Shown here one piece after another: positions 29,935 through 32,000 of a DNA stretch of 32,000 bases. Within the stretch, counting starts at the first letter, position 1. Every line of letters starts with the position of its first letter. This DNA is from Mycobacterium leprae TN. GTDB lineage: Bacteria > Actinomycetota > Actinomycetes > Mycobacteriales > Mycobacteriaceae. The translations under genes and the position numbers were made by a program. The stretch covers positions 1,110,001 through 1,142,000 of the forward strand of contig NC_002677.1 in assembly GCF_000195855.1 (NCBI RefSeq), given 5' to 3'. The notes beneath the pieces are model-generated. The model was not told the origin of the DNA. It saw nothing but the letters and a program-made list of their open reading frames with translations, and made no database searches.

Positions 29935-31250
29935 TGGGTAGGTGTCGGGTCTAGCGTGACCGGCATCGGCTGTGGAAAGTCCCGGACATGCTGCTAGAGG
30001 GCCACTCGACTGGTCATTGCAGCACCGCGATGAATCATGGCAGTTGGATTTGGTCTTCATTGCTGCGGTGGTCTTCGGTATCCTCGTCGGGTAAGAGCCA
30101 GTCTCCTGGCGGTTTCCAAGATCCGAACGCGGAGTCGGTGCGCACAATCCAGGTGTTGACCGAGCAAGTTTGGGCAGAGCGGTCAGCATATGGCTTACCG
30201 TGGTAACTACACCCGCAGATGCTGTCGGTGAACAAGCTCGTACGGGTGGGCACTGACCTAGTCGACTATTTGCAACGGTCGTCATTGATGTACTAGAGCC
30301 GTATCGGCGTGAACTTGGCCTCGCGCCGAGGCTCTCGAAGAGGCAAAAAAACTAATGTGGTCAACATCGACGGCGAGTTGGGGTTCACCGTGGTCAACCT
30401 CAAAAGCGGCGAAAACCACGCACAGGACGACGTCCGAACTCTCCGTACGACGAACTCGTCCACGTACCGTGACGCCGTCATAGTTTTATAGTGCCGGTGG
30501 CCCGACTATGCAGTAACGCGAAGGTAAACAAACAGAACCAGGACGACGTGCTAGTTATGGAGATGATCGCCGATTCCGCTGAGCTTCCTGGTGTTGGTCT
30601 GGATATTCGGTGGGCTCCTGGCAGCGGCTTTGCTGATCCCCTCGATGGACTAGCTGTCGTCGGTTCAATGTCGGTGTTGTGCTTCAGTTACATTGACAAC
30701 CGAAGTGTCGATCTTCGCGCTCAACCTGAGCACAGCAATGGACACGGTGTTGGCCATTGGCCTCTACACGCTGCTGATCGTCAGCCACTATCGCGACGCG
30801 TTGGCCTAAGGCAGTGACTGCGATGAGGCATTGATCTGGATCATGGTCACTTCCGGTCGCACCGTGCTGTTCTCCGCGGTTACCGTGGCGTTGTCGATGT
30901 CGGCGACGGTGGTAGTATGGATCTACTTCCTGAAGTCGTTCACCTACGCTGGTGTGCCCTTCGTAACGATCTTGCCTATCGGCTGCTGGTGCTGCTCGGT
31001 TGTACGTTAACTGGTGTGAAGTGAGGTTTTCCCGATTACCAGGTGTTGCTGCGTTTGGTGTCGTTGAGTCAAATCGGTGACCGATTGCGCACCGGTTTCG
31101 AGCACGCTACTGTGACGGCGGTGCCCGTAGTCGTACTCGATGTCCGAGGTCTGAACCTCGGTGGATCTTGACACTTACTCCGCCTTGTCCCGGATTCCGG
31201 ACATGTCGGTGGTGGAGCACCTCGGGCGGGACAGCTGCTATATTTAGAGC
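29935..31250 (+). pseudogene. MmpL-family RND transporter pseudogene (mmpL13-like), truncated
   Basis: Fragments are DPNAESVRTIQVLTEQ (first periplasmic loop), SVDLFALNLSTAMDTVLAIGLYTLLIVSHYRDALA / MVTSGRTVLFSAVTVALSMSA (the conserved MmpL TM4-TM6 region: LS.FALN..T.LGL.LAIDY.LFIVSR.REEL ... GRTV.FSA.TVA.S) and IGDRLRTGFEHATVTAVPVVVLDV (second periplasmic domain). There are many stops and frameshifts. Position after the SDR gene matches Rv1145/Rv1146. Confidence 0.6.
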
Positions 31251-31252
31251 CG

Positions 31253-31455
31253 GTGGCCAGCGCTTGGGGCTTGTTGCAACAATTTGTCGCTGTGGTGTTC
31301 TGGCCGAGGTTGCTGGGTCACTGTCACGTTCATCGTGACACAGAGCGCTCGATTGTTAACGCCGGATTCGAGGTGGAGATTTCGCGGCGGGAGTGGACGT
31401 TGTCGGTCTGGGAGCCGCATCGGTGTCGGCTACTTGCTCGATTACCGGGCTCGCT
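31253..31455 (+). pseudogene. C-terminal fragment of a class I SAM-dependent methyltransferase (possibly Rv1147-like)
   Basis: ORF 31253..31483 reads WGLLQQFVAVVFWPRLLGHCHVHRDTERSIVNAGFEVEISRRE. This resembles the C-terminal W..L.GGCHLNRDT...I..AGFE block of PmtA-type methyltransferases. No N-terminal SAM-binding part was found upstream. Confidence 0.35.
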
Positions 31456-32000
31456 GGGTGGTGACTACTGGCGGTTGTGTTGAGGTTAATGTTAGCGCGG
31501 ACTCGTTGTGGGGGTGGAGTAAAGGGTGGTGGGTCAGTGTATTGGCGGGTCGGTGCGTCAGGTCGCAAAGGTCGGTATCGATGCCGTGGTGATGCGGGTA
31601 TGAGAGTCGTTTCGAGGTCTTGGTCTCACGCTGGGGTTGTACAGCGATTCTGTGGTAGGGCGTTGTCTTGTGGTTGATCATGGCCGCAGTGATCACATCA
31701 GTGCTGTGGTCCTTGGATAGGTGTAGCAGCTGCACGAATCCGCTACTTGTGTTCGGCCAGGGCGCCGATTTGGGGGTCTAATTTTTGCCGATGATTACAT
31801 CATCCGCCCAATGCTATGAGGTTAGAGCACCACACGGTCGTGTAGTTTTCGCGGGACGTGCACTGGTGGTGGCCATACCTAGAGAATAATGGTGGTGCCC
31901 GGTTTTAGCGTGCTGTGCCCTCAGCGTGCGGAACATCCACCCAGTGCGCACATGTTGGTTGAGCTTGGACTCGATGTTGAAGTGTTTTATAGGACACCTG

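Noticed and set aside
1-32000. Search by eye for tRNA T-loop signatures (GGTTCGAATCC-like), rRNA, CRISPR repeat-spacer periodicity, IS terminal inverted repeats and the RLEP repeat
   Set aside because: Nothing convincing was found. The only ttcgaatc-like strings (near 1333 and 12001) lack tRNA cloverleaf context. A proper tRNAscan, Infernal and repeat-library search would be needed to be definitive.

Overview
This window reads as a pseudogene-dense, reductively evolved mycobacterial chromosome segment, Mycobacterium leprae-like. That assignment is an inference from gene content and from colinearity with the M. tuberculosis Rv1121-Rv1147 neighbourhood as I recall it: zwf1, gnd2, bpoB, ephC, Rv1126c, ppdK, prpR, metE, Rv1139c, mcr, Rv1144, mmpL13, Rv1147.

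Only three long reading frames look intact. They are metE (17777..20059, minus), preceded by a clear cobalamin riboswitch; a C-terminally truncated pyruvate phosphate dikinase-like gene (13017..14699/14822, minus); and a DoxX-family membrane protein (14867..15376, plus). A 61-codon 3' end of an unidentified CDS lies at the left edge.

Almost everything else with recognisable protein similarity is broken by frameshifts or stop codons. These include zwf, gnd, two alpha/beta hydrolases, a PE/PE-PGRS gene, an amidohydrolase, a VOC/PhnB-like gene, a TetR regulator and a vapBC toxin-antitoxin pair. They also include a PrpR/RamB-like regulator, a three-gene type III PKS / ICMT-methyltransferase / FAD-oxidoreductase operon, a CPBP protease, mcr, a short-chain dehydrogenase, mmpL and a methyltransferase fragment.

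I found no rRNA, tRNA, CRISPR array or recognisable intact mobile element.

I do not see a convincing intact novel system. The observations most worth following up are:
- A 60-bp perfect palindrome in the SDR pseudogene that appears to have grown by symmetric arm mutations plus nested tandem duplications.
- The dead polyketide-quinone-type operon.
- The conserved truncated PPDK-like gene, translationally coupled to a small partner with a single frameshift at an A-AAA-G site.
- A second 38-bp perfect palindrome inside the vapB relic.
- Two strongly AT-rich, ORF-free tracts.

All coordinates of pseudogene ends are approximate. All homology statements come from reading translations by eye, not from database searches.
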